From Eledone cirrhosa (Eukaryota), in contig OZ024740.1 of assembly GCA_964016885.1 (NCBI GenBank), forward strand, positions 137,206,001-137,270,000: DNA of 64,000 bases. The letters are read 5' to 3'. The notes beneath the pieces were generated by a model. It ran no database searches, was not told the DNA's origin, and saw only the letters and a program-made list of their open reading frames with translations. This document shows, one piece after another, positions 24,850 through 38,200 of this stretch. The position numbers and the translations under genes are program-made. Positions within the stretch are counted from its first letter, which is position 1, and the number at the start of each line of letters is the position of its first letter.

Positions 24850-27800
24850 ACCTCCAATTCTCTCTTTCACTTATCACTTTTCTCTCAATCTCCAATTCTC
24901 TCTTCCCTTCTCACTTTTCTCTCAATCTCTAATTCTCTCTTTCTCTTCTCACTTTTCTCTCAATCTCCAATCCTCTCTTTCTGTTCTCAGTTTTCCCCAA
25001 ATCTCCAATTCTCTCTTTCTCTTATCACTTTTCTCTCAATCTCCCATTCTCTCTCTCTCTTATCACTTTTCTCTCAATCTCCAATTCTCTCTTTCTCTTA
25101 TCCATTTTCTCTCAATCTGCAATTCTCTCTTTCTTTTCTCACTTTTCCCCCAATCTCCAATTCTCTCTTTCTCTTCACACTTTTCCCCCAATCTCCAATT
25201 CTCTCATTCTCTTCACACTTTTCCCCCAATCTCCAATTCTCTCTTTCTCTTCTCACTTTTCTCTCAATCTCCAATTCTCTCTTTCTCTTATCACTTTTCT
25301 CTCAATCTCCAATTGTCTCTTTCTCTTCTCACTTTTCCCCTAATCTCCAATTCTCTCTTTCTCTTATCACTTTTCTCTCAATCTCCAATTCTCTCTTTCT
25401 CTTATCACCTTTCTCTCAATCTCCAATTCTCTCTTTCTGTTATCACTTTTCTCTGAATCTCCAATTCTCTCTTTCTCTTATCCATTTTCTCTCAATCTGC
25501 AATTCTCTCTTTCTTTTCTCACTTTTCCCCCAATCTCCAATTCTCTCTTTCTCTTCACACTTTTCCCCCAATCTCCAATTCTCTCTTTCTCTTCACACTT
25601 TTCCCCCACTCTCCAATTCTCTCTTTCTCTTCTCACTTTTCTCTCAATCTCCAGTTCTCTCTTTCTCTTATCACTTTTCTCTCAATCTCCAATCCTCTCT
25701 TTCTCTTATCACTTTTCTCTCAATCTCCAATTCTCTCTTTCTCTTATCACTTTTCTCTCAATCTCCAATTCTCTCTTTCTCTTATCACTTTCCTCTCAAT
25801 CTCCAATTCTCTCTTTCTCTTCTCACTTTTCCCCCAATCTCCAATTCTCTCTTTCTCTTATCACTTTTCTCTCAATCTCCAATTCTCTCTTTCTCTTATC
25901 ACTTTTCTCTCAATCTCCAATTCTCCCTTTCTCTTATCACTTTTCTCTCAATCTCCAACTCTCTCTTTCTCTTATCCCTTTTCTCTCAATCTCCAATTAT
26001 CTCTTTCTCTTATCACTTTTCTCTCAATCTCCAATTCTCTCTTTCTCTTCTCATTTTCCCCAATCTCCAATTCTCTTTTTCTCTTTACACTTTTCCCCAA
26101 CCTCCAATTCTCTCTTTCTCTTATCACTTTTCTCTCAATCTCCAATTCTCTCTTCCCTTCTCACTTTTCTCTCAATCTCCAATTCTCTCTTTCTCTTCTC
26201 ACTTTTCTCTCAATCTCCAATCCTCTCTTTCTGTTCTCAGTTTTCCCCAAATCTCCAATTCTCTCTTTCTCTTATCACTTTTCTCTCCATCTCCCATTCT
26301 CTCTCTCTCTTATCACTTTTCTCTCAATCTCCAATTCTCTCTTTCTCTTATCCATTTTCTCTCAATCTGCAATTCTCTCTTTCTTTTCTCACTTTTCCCC
26401 CAATCTCCAATTCTCTCTTTCTCTTCACACTTTTCCCCCAATCTCCAATTCTCTCATTCTCTTCACACTTTTCCCCCAATCTCCAATTCTCTCTTTCTCT
26501 TCTCACTTTTCTCTCAATCTCCAATTCTCTCTTTCTCTTATCAGTTTTCTCTCAATCTGCAATTCTCTCTTTCTCTTATCACTTTTCTCTCAATCTCCAA
26601 TTCTCTCTTTCTCTTCTCACTTTTCCCCTAATCTCCAATTCTCTCTTTCTCTCATCACTTTTCTCTCAATATCCAATTCTCTCTTTCTCTTATCACTTTT
26701 CTCTCAATCTCCAATTCTCTCTTTCTGTTATCACTTTTCTCTGAATCTCCAATTCTCTCTTTCTCCTATCCATTTTCTCTCAATCTGCAATTCTCTCTTC
26801 CTTTTCTCACTTTTCCCCCAATCTCCAATTCTCTCTTTCTCTTCACACTTTTCCCCCAATCTCCAATTCTCTCTTTCTCTTCACACTTTTCCCCCAATCT
26901 CCAATTCTCTCTTTCTCTTCTCACTTTTCTCTCAATCTCCAGTTCTCTCTTTCTCTTATCACTTTTCTCTCAATCTCCAATCCTCTCTTTCTCTTATCAC
27001 TTTTCTCTCAATCACTTTTCTCTCCATCTCCAATTCTCTCTTTCTCTTATCACTTTTCTCTCAATCTCCAATTCTCTCTTTCTCTTATCACTTTTCTCTG
27101 AATCTCCAATTCTCTCTTTCTCTCAATCACTTTTCTCTCCATCTCCAATTCTCTCTTTCTCTTATCACTTTTCTCTCAATCTCCAATTCTCTCTTTCTCT
27201 TATCACTTTTCTCTCAATCTCCAATTCTCTCTTTCTCTTATCACTTTCCTCTCAATCTCCAATTCTCTCTTTCTCTTCTCACTTTTCCCCCAATCTCCAA
27301 TTCTCTCATTCTCTTATCACTTTTCTCTCAATCTCCAATTCTCTCATTCTCTTCACACTTTTCCCCCAATCTCCAATTCTCTCTTTCTCTTCTCACTTTT
27401 CTCTCAATCTCCAATTCTCTCTTTCTCTTATCACTTTTCTCTCAATCTCCAATTCTTTCTTTCTCTTATCACTTTTCTCTCAATCTCCAACTCTCTCTTT
27501 CTCTTATCCCTTTTCTCTCAATCTCCAATTCTCTCTTTCTCTTCTCACTTTTCTCTCAATCTCCAATCCTCTCTTTCTGTTCTCAGTTTTCCCCCAATCT
27601 CCAATTCTCTATTTCTCTTAGCACTTTTCTCTCAATCCCCCATTCTCTCTCTCTCTTATCACTTTTCTCTCAATCTCCAATTCTCTCTTTCTCTTATCAC
27701 TTTTCTCTCAAACTCCAATTCTCTCTTTCTCTCATCACATTTCTCTCAATCTCCAATTCTCTCTTTCTCTTATCAGTTTTCTCTCAATCTGCAATTCTCT

Positions 27801-30800
27801 CTTTCTCTTATCACTTTTCTCTCAATCTCCAATTCTCTCTTTCTCTTCTCACTTTTCCCCTAATCTCCAATTCTCTCTTTCTCTTATCACTTTTCTCTCA
27901 ATCTCCAATTCTCTCTTTCTCTTATCACCTTTCTCTCAATCTCCAATTCTCTCTTTCTGTTATCACTTTTCTCTGAATCTCCAATTCTCTCTTTCTCTTC
28001 ACACTTTTCCCCCAATCTCCAATTCTCTCTTTCTCTTCACACTTTTCCCCCACTCTCCAATTCTCTCTTTCTCTTCTCACTTTTCTCTCAATCTCCAGTT
28101 CTCTCTTTCTCTTATCACTTTTCTCTCAATCTCCAATCCTCTCTTTCTCTTATCACTTTTCTCTCAATCTCCAATTCTCTCTTTCTCTTATCACTTTTCT
28201 CTCAATCTCCAATTCTCTCTTTCTCTTATCACTTTCCTCTCAATCTCCAATTCTCTCTTTCTCTTCTCACTTTTCCCCCAATCTCCAATTCTCTCTTTCT
28301 CTTATCACTTTTCTCTCAATCTCCAATTCTCTCTTTCTCTTATCACTTTTCTCTCAATCTCCAATTCTCCCTTTCTCTTATCACTTTTCTCTCAATCTCC
28401 AACTCTCTCTTTCTCTTATCCCTTTTCTCTCAATCTCCAATTATCTCTTTCTCTTATCACTTTTCTCTCAATCTCCAATTCTCTCTTTCTCTTCTCATTT
28501 TCCCCAATCTCCAATTCTCTTTTTCTCTTTACACTTTTCCCCAACCTCCAATTCTCTCTTTCTCTTATCACTTTTCTCTCAATCTCCAATTCTCTCTTCC
28601 CTTCTCACTTTTCTCTCAATCTCTAATTCTCTCTTTCTCTTCTCACTTTTCTCTCAATCTCCAATCCTCTCTTTCTGTTCTCAGTTTTCCCCAAATCTCC
28701 AATTCTCTCTTTCTCTTATCACTTTTCTCTCAATCTCCCATTCTCTCTCTCTCTTATCACTTTTCTCTCAATCTCCAATTCTCTCTTTCTCTTATCCATT
28801 TTCTCTCAATCTGCAATTCTCTCTTTCTTTTCTCACTTTTCCCCCAATCTCCAATTCTCTCTTTCTCTTCACACTTTTCCCCCAATCTCCAATTCTCTCA
28901 TTCTCTTCACACTTTTCCCCCAATCTCCAATTCTCTCTTTCTCTTCTCACTTTTCTCTCAATCTCCAATTCTCTCTTTCTCTTATCACTTTTCTCTCAAT
29001 CTCCAATTGTCTCTTTCTCTTCTCACTTTTCCCCTAATCTCCAATTCTCTCTTTCTCTTATCACTTTTCTCTCAATCTCCAATTCTCTCTTTCTCTTATC
29101 ACCTTTCTCTCAATCTCCAATTCTCTCTTTCTGTTATCACTTTTCTCTGAATCTCCAATTCTCTCTTTCTCTTATCCATTTTCTCTCAATCTGCAATTCT
29201 CTCTTTCTTTTCTCACTTTTCCCCCAATCTCCAATTCTCTCTTTCTCTTCACACTTTTCCCCCAATCTCCAATTCTCTCTTTCTCTTCACACTTTTCCCC
29301 CACTCTCCAATTCTCTCTTTCTCTTCTCACTTTTCTCTCAATCTCCAGTTCTCTCTTTCTCTTATCACTTTTCTCTCAATCTCCAATCCTCTCTTTCTCT
29401 TATCACTTTTCTCTCAATCTCCAATTCTCTCTTTCTCTTATCACTTTTCTCTCAATCTCCAATTCTCTCTTTCTCTTATCACTTTCCTCTCAATCTCCAA
29501 TTCTCTCTTTCTCTTCTCACTTTTCCCCCAATCTCCAATTCTCTCTTTCTCTTATCACTTTTCTCTCAATCTCCAATTCTCTCTTTCTCTTATCACTTTT
29601 CTCTCAATCTCCAATTCTCTCTTTCTGTTATCACTTTTCTCTGAATCTCCAATTCTCTCTTTCTCTTATCCATTTTCTCTCAATCTGCAATTCTCTCTTT
29701 CTTTTCTCACTTTTCCCCCAATCTCCAATTCTCTCTTTCTCTTCACACTTTTCCCCCAATCTCCAATTCTCTCTTTCTCTTCACACTTTTCCCCCACTCT
29801 CCAATTCTCTCTTTCTCTTCTCACTTTTCTCTCAATCTCCAGTTCTCTCTTTCTCTTATCACTTTTCTCTCAATCTCCAATCCTCTCTTTCTCTTATCAC
29901 TTTTCTCTCAATCTCCAATTCTCTCTTTCTCTTATCACTTTTCTCTCAATCTCCAATTCTCTCTTTCTCTTATCACTTTCCTCTCAATCTCCAATTCTCT
30001 CTTTCTCTTCTCACTTTTCCCCCAATCTCCAATTCTCTCTTTCTCTTATCACTTTTCTCTCAATCTCCAATTCTCTCTTTCTCTTATCACTTTTCTCTCA
30101 ATCTCCAATTCTCCCTTTCTCTTATCACTTTTCTCTCAATCTCCAACTCTCTCTTTCTCTTATCCCTTTTCTCTCAATCTCCAATTATCTCTTTCTCTTA
30201 TCACTTTTCTCTCAATCTCCAATTCTCTCTTTCTCTTCTCATTTTCCCCAATCTCCAATTCTCTTTTTCTCTTTACACTTTTCCCCAACCTCCAATTCTC
30301 TCTTTCTCTTATCACTTTTCTCTCAATCTCCAATTCTCTCTTCCCTTCTCACTTTCCTCTCAATCTCCAATTCTCTCTTTCTCTTCTCACTTTTCTCTCA
30401 ATCTCCAATCCTCTCTTTCTGTTCTCAGTTTTCCCCAAATCTCCAATTCTCTCTTTCTCTTATCACTTTTCTCTCCATCTCCCATTCTCTCTCTCTCTTA
30501 TCACTTTTCTCTCAATCTCCAATTCTCTCTTTCTCTTATCCATTTTCTCTCAATCTGCAATTCTCTCTTTCTTTTCTCACTTTTCCCCCAATCTCCAATT
30601 CTCTCTTTCTCTTCACACTTTTCCCCCAATCTCCAATTCTCTCATTCTCTTCACACTTTTCCCCCAATCTCCAATTCTCTCTTTCTCTTCTCACTTTTCT
30701 CTCAATCTCCAATTCTCTCTTTCTCTTATCAGTTTTCTCTCAATCTGCAATTCTCTCTTTCTCTTATCACTTTTCTCTCAATCTCCAATTCTCTCTTTCT

Positions 30801-33800
30801 CTTCTCACTTTTCCCCTAATCTCCAATTCTCTCTTTCTCTCATCACTTTTCTCTCAATATCCAATTCTCTCTTTCTCTTTTCACTTTTCTCTCAATCTCC
30901 AATTCTCTCTTTCTGTTATCACTTTTCTCTGAATCTCCAATTCTCTCTTTCTCCTATCCATTTTCTCTCAATCTGCAATTCTCTCTTCCTTTTCTCACTT
31001 TTCCCCCAATCTCCAATTCTCTCTTTCTCTTCACACTTTTCCCCCAATCTCCAATTCTCTCTTTCTCTTCACACTTTTCCCCCAATCTCCAATTCTCTCT
31101 TTCTCTTCTCACTTTTCTCTCAATCTCCAGTTCTCTCTTTCTCTTATCACTTTTCTCTCAATCTCCAATCCTCTCTTTCTCTTATCACTTTTCTCTCAAT
31201 CACTTTTCTCTCCATCTCCAATTCTCTCTTTCTCTTATCACTTTTCTCTCAATCTCCAATTCTCTCTTTCTCTTATCACTTTTCTCTGAATCTCCAATTC
31301 TCTCTTTCTCTCAATCACTTTTCTCTCCATCTCCAATTCTCTCTTTCTCTTATCACTTTTCTCTCAATCTCCAATTCTCTCTTTCTCTTATCACTTTTCT
31401 CTCAATCTCCAATTCTCTCTTTCTCTTATCACTTTCCTCTCAATCTCCAATTCTCTCTTTCTCTTCTCACTTTTCCCCCAATCTCCAATTCTCTCATTCT
31501 CTTATCACTTTTCTCTCAATCTCCAATTCTCTCTTTCTCTTCACACTTTTCCCCCAATCTCCAATTCTCTCTTTCTCTTCTCACTTTTCTCTCAATCTCC
31601 AATTCTCTCTTTCTCTTATCACTTTTCTCTCAATCTCCAATTCTTTCTTTCTCTTATCACTTTTCTCTCAATCTCCAACTCTCTCTTTCTCTTATCCCTT
31701 TTCTCTCAATCTCCAATTCTCTCTTTCTCTTCTCACTTTTCTCTCAATCTCCAATCCTCTCTTTCTGTTCTCAGTTTTCCCCCAATCTCCAATTCTCTAT
31801 TTCTCTTAGCACTTTTCTCTCAATCCCCCATTCTCTCTCTCTCTTATCACTTTTCTCTCAATCTCCAATTCTCTCTTTCTCTTATCACTTTTCTCTCAAA
31901 CTCCAATTCTCTCTTTCTCTCATCACATTTCTCTCAATCTCCAATTCTCTCTTTCTCTTATCAGTTTTCTCTCAATCTGCAATTCTCTCTTTCTCTTATC
32001 ACTTTTCTCTCAATCTCCAATTCTCTCTTTCTCTTCTCACTTTTCCCCTAATCTCCAATTCTCTCTTTCTCTTATCACTTTTCTCTCAATCTCCAATTCT
32101 CTCTTTCTCTTATCACCTTTCTCTCAATCTCCAATTCTCTCTTTCTGTTATCACTTTTCTCTGAATCTCCAATTCTCTCTTTCTCTTCACACTTTTCCCC
32201 CAATCTCCAATTCTCTCTTTCTCTTCACACTTTTCCCCCACTCTCCAATTCTCTCTTTCTCTTCTCACTTTTCTCTCAATCTCCAGTTCTCTCTTTCTCT
32301 TATCACTTTTCTCTCAATCTCCAATCCTCTCTTTCTCTTATCACTTTTCTCTCAATCTCCAATTCTCTCTTTCTCTTATCACTTTTCTCTCAATCTCCAA
32401 TTCTCTCTTTCTCTTATCACTTTCCTCTCAATCTCCAATTCTCTCTTTCTCTTCTCACTTTTCCCCCAATCTCCAATTCTCTCTTTCTCTTATCACTTTT
32501 CTCTCAATCTCCAATTCTCTCTTTCTCTTATCACTTTTCTCTCAATCTCCAATTCTCCCTTTCTCTTATCACTTTTCTCTCAATCTCCAACTCTCTCTTT
32601 CTCTTATCCCTTTTCTCTCAATCTCCAATTATCTCTTTCTCTTATCACTTTTCTCTCAATCTCCAATTCTCTCTTTCTCTTCTCATTTTCCCCAATCTCC
32701 AATTCTCTTTTTCTCTTTACACTTTTCCCCAACCTCCAATTCTCTCTTTCTCTTATCACTTTTCTCTCAATCTCCAATTCTCTCTTCCCTTCTCACTTTT
32801 CTCTCAATCTCTAATTCTCTCTTTCTCTTCTCACTTTTCTCTCAATCTCCAATCCTCTCTTTCTGTTCTCAGTTTTCCCCAAATCTCCAATTCTCTCTTT
32901 CTCTTATCACTTTTCTCTCAATCTCCCATTCTCTCTCTCTCTTATCACTTTTCTCTCAATCTCCAATTCTCTCTTTCTCTTATCCATTTTCTCTCAATCT
33001 GCAATTCTCTCTTTCTTTTCTCACTTTTCCCCCAATCTCCAATTCTCTCTTTCTCTTCACACTTTTCCCCCAATCTCCAATTCTCTCATTCTCTTCACAC
33101 TTTTCCCCCAATCTCCAATTCTCTCTTTCTCTTCTCACTTTTCTCTCAATCTCCAATTCTCTCTTTCTCTTATCACTTTTCTCTCAATCTCCAATTGTCT
33201 CTTTCTCTTCTCACTTTTCCCCTAATCTCCAATTCTCTCTTTCTCTTATCACTTTTCTCTCAATCTCCAATTCTCTCTTTCTCTTATCACCTTTCTCTCA
33301 ATCTCCAATTCTCTCTTTCTGTTATCACTTTTCTCTGAATCTCCAATTCTCTCTTTCTCTTATCCATTTTCTCTCAATCTGCAATTCTCTCTTTCTTTTC
33401 TCACTTTTCCCCCAATCTCCAATTCTCTCTTTCTCTTCACACTTTTCCCCCAATCTCCAATTCTCTCTTTCTCTTCACACTTTTCCCCCACTCTCCAATT
33501 CTCTCTTTCTCTTCTCACTTTTCTCTCAATCTCCAGTTCTCTCTTTCTCTTATCACTTTTCTCTCAATCTCCAATCCTCTCTTTCTCTTATCACTTTTCT
33601 CTCAATCTCCAATTCTCTCTTTCTCTTATCACTTTTCTCTCAATCTCCAATTCTCTCTTTCTCTTATCACTTTCCTCTCAATCTCCAATTCTCTCTTTCT
33701 CTTCTCACTTTTCCCCCAATCTCCAATTCTCTCTTTCTCTTATCACTTTTCTCTCAATCTCCAATTCTCTCTTTCTCTTATCACTTTTCTCTCAATCTCC

Positions 33801-35230
33801 AATTCTCCCTTTCTCTTATCACTTTTCTCTCAATCTCCAACTCTCTCTTTCTCTTATCCCTTTTCTCTCAATCTCCAATTATCTCTTTCTCTTATCACTT
33901 TTCTCTCAATCTCCAATTCTCTCTTTCTCTTCTCATTTTCCCCAATCTCCAATTCTCTTTTTCTCTTTACACTTTTCCCCAACCTCCAATTCTCTCTTTC
34001 TCTTATCACTTTTCTCTCAATCTCCAATTCTCTCTTCCCTTCTCACTTTTCTCTCAATCTCCAATTCTCTCTTTCTCTTCTCACTTTTCTCTCAATCTCC
34101 AATCCTCTCTTTCTGTTCTCAGTTTTCCCCAAATCTCCAATTCTCTCTTTCTCTTATCACTTTTCTCTCCATCTCCCATTCTCTCTCTCTCTTATCACTT
34201 TTCTCTCAATCTCCAATTCTCTCTTTCTCTTATCCATTTTCTCTCAATCTGCAATTCTCTCTTTCTTTTCTCACTTTTCCCCCAATCTCCAATTCTCTCT
34301 TTCTCTTCACACTTTTCCCCCAATCTCCAATTCTCTCATTCTCTTCACACTTTTCCCCCAATCTCCAATTCTCTCTTTCTCTTCTCACTTTTCTCTCAAT
34401 CTCCAATTCTCTCTTTCTCTTATCAGTTTTCTCTCAATCTGCAATTCTCTCTTTCTCTTATCACTTTTCTCTCAATCTCCAATTCTCTCTTTCTCTTCTC
34501 ACTTTTCCCCTAATCTCCAATTTTCTCCTTCTCTCATCACTTTTCTCTCAATATCCAATTCTCTCTTTCTCTTATCACTTTTCTCTCAATCTCCAATTCT
34601 CTCTTTCTGTTATCACTTTTCTCTGAATCTCCAATTCTCTCTTTCTCCTATCCATTTTCTCTCAATCTGCAATTCTCTCTCCCTTTTCTCACTTTTCCCC
34701 CAATCTCCAATTCTCTCTTTCTCTTCACACTTTTCCCCCAGTCTCCAATTCTCTCTTTCTCTTCACACTTTTCCCCCAATCTCCAATTCTCTCTTTCTCT
34801 TCTCACTTTTCTCTCAATCTCCAGTTCTCTCTTTCTCTTATCACTTTTCTCTCAATCTCCAATCCTCTCTTTCTCTTATCACTTTTCTCTCAATCACTTT
34901 TCTCTCCATCTCCAATTCTCTCTTTCTCTTATCACTTTTCTCTCAATCTCCAATTCTCTCTTTCTCTTATCACTTTTCTCTCAATCTCCAATTCTCTCTT
35001 TCTCTCAATCACTTTTCTCTCCATCTCCAATTCTCTCTTTCTCTTATCACTTTTCTCTCAATCTCCAATTCTCTCTTTCTCTTATCACTTTTCTCTCAAT
35101 CTCCAATTCTCTCTTTCTCTTATCACTTTCCTCTCAATCTCCAATTCTCTCTTTCTCTTCTCACTTTTCCCCCAATCTCCAATTCTCTCATTCTCTTATC
35201 ACTTTTCTCTCAATCTCCAATTCTCTCTTT
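24850..35230. repeat. Higher-order repeat, base period 3694 bp (~97 monomers), about 2.7 copies; middle copy is 4188 bp
   Basis: CTCTAATT 24927/28621/32809 and AATTGT 25311/29005/33193 (offsets 3694 then 4188). CTCCTATC 26763/30951/34645 (offsets 4188 then 3694). Confidence 0.9.
29110..30100. repeat. 494-bp (13-monomer) internal tandem duplication inside the second 3694-bp unit
   Basis: The cassette CTGTTA..CTGAATC..CCCACTCTCC..CCAGTT starts at 29131 and again at 29625. The offset 494 = 13x38 = 4188-3694. Confidence 0.88.
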
Positions 35231-38200
35231 CTCTTATCACTTTTCTCTCAATCTCCAATTCTCCCTTTCTCTTATCACTTTTCTCTCAATCTCCAACTCT
35301 CTGTTTTCTCTTATCCCTTTTCTCTCAATCTCCAATTATCTCTTTCTCTTATCACTTTTCTCTCAATCTCCAATTCTCTCTTTCTCTTCTCATTTTCCCC
35401 CAATCTCCAATTCTCTTTTTCTCTTTACACTTTTCCCCAACCTCCAATTCTCTCTTTCTCTTATCACTTTTCTCTCAATCTCCAATTCTCTCTTCCCTTC
35501 TCACTTTTCTCTCAATCTCCAATTCTCTCTTTCTCTTCTCACTTTTCTCTCAATCTCCAATCCTCTCTTTCTGTTCTCAGTTTTCCCCAAATCTCCAATT
35601 CTCTCTTTCTCTTATCACTTTTCTCTCAATCTCCCATTCTCTCTCTCTCTTATCACTTTTCTCTCAATCTCCAATTCTCTCTTTCTCTTATCCATTTTCT
35701 CTCAATCTGCAATTCTCTCTTTCTTTTCTCACTTTTCCCCCAATCTCCAATTCTCTCTTTCTCTTATCAGTTTTCTCTCAATCTGCAATTCTCTCTTTCT
35801 CTTATCACTTTTCTCTCAATCTCCAATTCTCTCTTTCTCTTCTCACTTTTCCCCTAATCTCCAATTCTCTCTTTCTCTTATCACTTTTCTCTCAATCTCC
35901 AATTCTCTCTTTCTCTTATCACCTTTCTCTCAATCTCCAATTCTCTCTTTCTGTTATCACTTTTCTCTGAATCTCCAATTCTCTCTTTCTCTTATCCATT
36001 TTCTCTCAATCTGCAATTCTCTCTTTCTTTTCTCACTTTTCCCCCAATCTCCAATTCTCTCTTTCTCTTCACACTTTTCCCCCAATCTCCAATTCTCTCT
36101 TTCTCTTCACACTTTTCCCCCAATCTCCAATTCTCTCATTCTCTTCACACTTTTCCCCCAATCTCCAATTCTCTCTTTCTCTTCTCACTTTTCTCTCAAT
36201 CTCCAATTCTCTCTTTCTCTTATCACTTTTCTCTCAATCTCCAATTCTCTCTTTCTCTTATCACTTTTCTCTCAATCTCCAACTCTCTCTTTCTCTTATC
36301 CCTTTTCTCTCAATCTCCAATTCTCTCTTTCTCTTCTCACTTTTCTCTCAATCTCCAATCCTCTCTTTCTGTTCTCAGTTTTCCCCCAATCTCCAATTCT
36401 CTATTTCTCTAAGCACTTTTTTCTCAATCCCCCATTCTCTCTCTCTCTTATCACTTTTCTCTCAATCTCCAATTCTCTCTTTCTCTTATCACTTTTCTCC
36501 CAAACTCCAATTCTCTCTTTCTCTCATCACATTTCTCTCAATCTCCAATTCTCTCTTTCTCTTATCAGTTTTCTCTCAATCTGCAATTCTCTCTTTCTCT
36601 TATCACTTTTCTCTCAATCTCCAATTCTCTCTTTCTCTTCTCACTTTTCCCCTAATCTCCAATTCTCTCTTTCTCTCATCACTTTTCTCTCAATATCCAA
36701 TTCTCTCTTTCTCTTATCACTTTTCTCTTAATCTCCAATTCTCTCTTTCTGTTATCACTTTTCTCTGAATCTCCAATTCTCTCTTTCTCTTATCCATTTT
36801 CTCTCAATCTGCAATTCTCTCTTTCTTTTCTCACTTTTCCCCCAATCTCCAATTCTCTCTTTCTCTTCACACTTTTCCCCCAATCTCCAATTCTCTCTTT
36901 CTCTTCACACTTTTCCCCCAATCTCCAATTCTCTCTTTCTCTTCTCACTTTTTTCTCAATCTCCAGTTCTCTCTTTCTCTTATCACTTTTCTCTCAATCT
37001 CCAATCCTCTCTTTCTCTTATCACTTTTCTCTCAATCACTTTTCTCTCCATCTCCAATTCTCTCTTTCTCTTATCACTTTTCTCTCAATCTCCAATTCTC
37101 TCTTTCTCTTATCACTTTTCTCTCAATCTCCAATTCTCTCTTTCTCTTATCACTTTCCTCTCAATCTCCAATTCTCTCTTTCTCTTCTCACTTTTCCCCC
37201 AATCTCCAATTCTCTCTTTCCCTTATCACTTTTCTCTCAATCTCCAATTCTCTCTTTCTCTTATCACTTTTCTCTCAATCTCCAATTCTCTCTTTCTCTT
37301 ATCACTTTTCTCTCAATCTCCAACTCTCTCTTTCTCTTATCACTTTTCTCTCAATCTCCAATTCTCTCTTTCTCTTATCACTTTTCTCTCAATCTCCAAT
37401 TCTCTCTTTCTCTTATCACTTTTCTCTCAATCTCTAATTCTCTCTTTCTCTTATCACTTTTCTCTCAATCTCCAATTCTCTCTTTCTCTTATCACTTTTC
37501 TCTCAATCTCCAATTCTCTCTTTCTCTTCTCATTTTTCCCCAATCTCCAATTCTCTTTTTCTCTTTACACTTTTCCCCAACCTCCAATTCTCTCTTTCTC
37601 TTATCACTTTTCTCTCAATCTCCAATTCTCTCTTTCCCTTCTCACTTTTCTCTCAATCTCCAATTCTCTCTTTCTCTTCTCACTTTTCTCTCAATCTCCA
37701 ATCCTCTCTTTCTGTTCTCAGTTTTCCCCCAATCTCCAATTCTCTATTTCTCTTAGCACTTTTCTCTCAATCCCCCATTCTCTCCCTCTCTTATCACTTT
37801 TCTCTCAATCTCCAATTCTCTCTTTCTCTTATCACTTTTCTCTCAATCTCCAATTCTCTCTTTCTCTTATCACTTTTCTCTCAATCTTCAATTCTCTCTT
37901 TCTCTTATCAGTTTTCTCTCAATCTGCAATTCTCTCTTTCTCTTATCACTTTTCTCTCAATCTCCAATTCTCTCTTTCTCTTCTCACTTTTCCCCTAATC
38001 TCCAATTCTCTCTTTCTCTTATCACTTTTCTCTCAATCTCCAATTCTCTCTTTCTCTTATCACTTTTCTCTCAATCTCCAATTCTCTTTTTCTCTCATCC
38101 ATTTTCTCTCAATCTGCAATACTCTCTTTCTTTTCTCAATTTTCCCCCAATCTCCAATTCTCTCTTTCTCTTCACACTTTTCCCCCAATCTCCAATTCTC

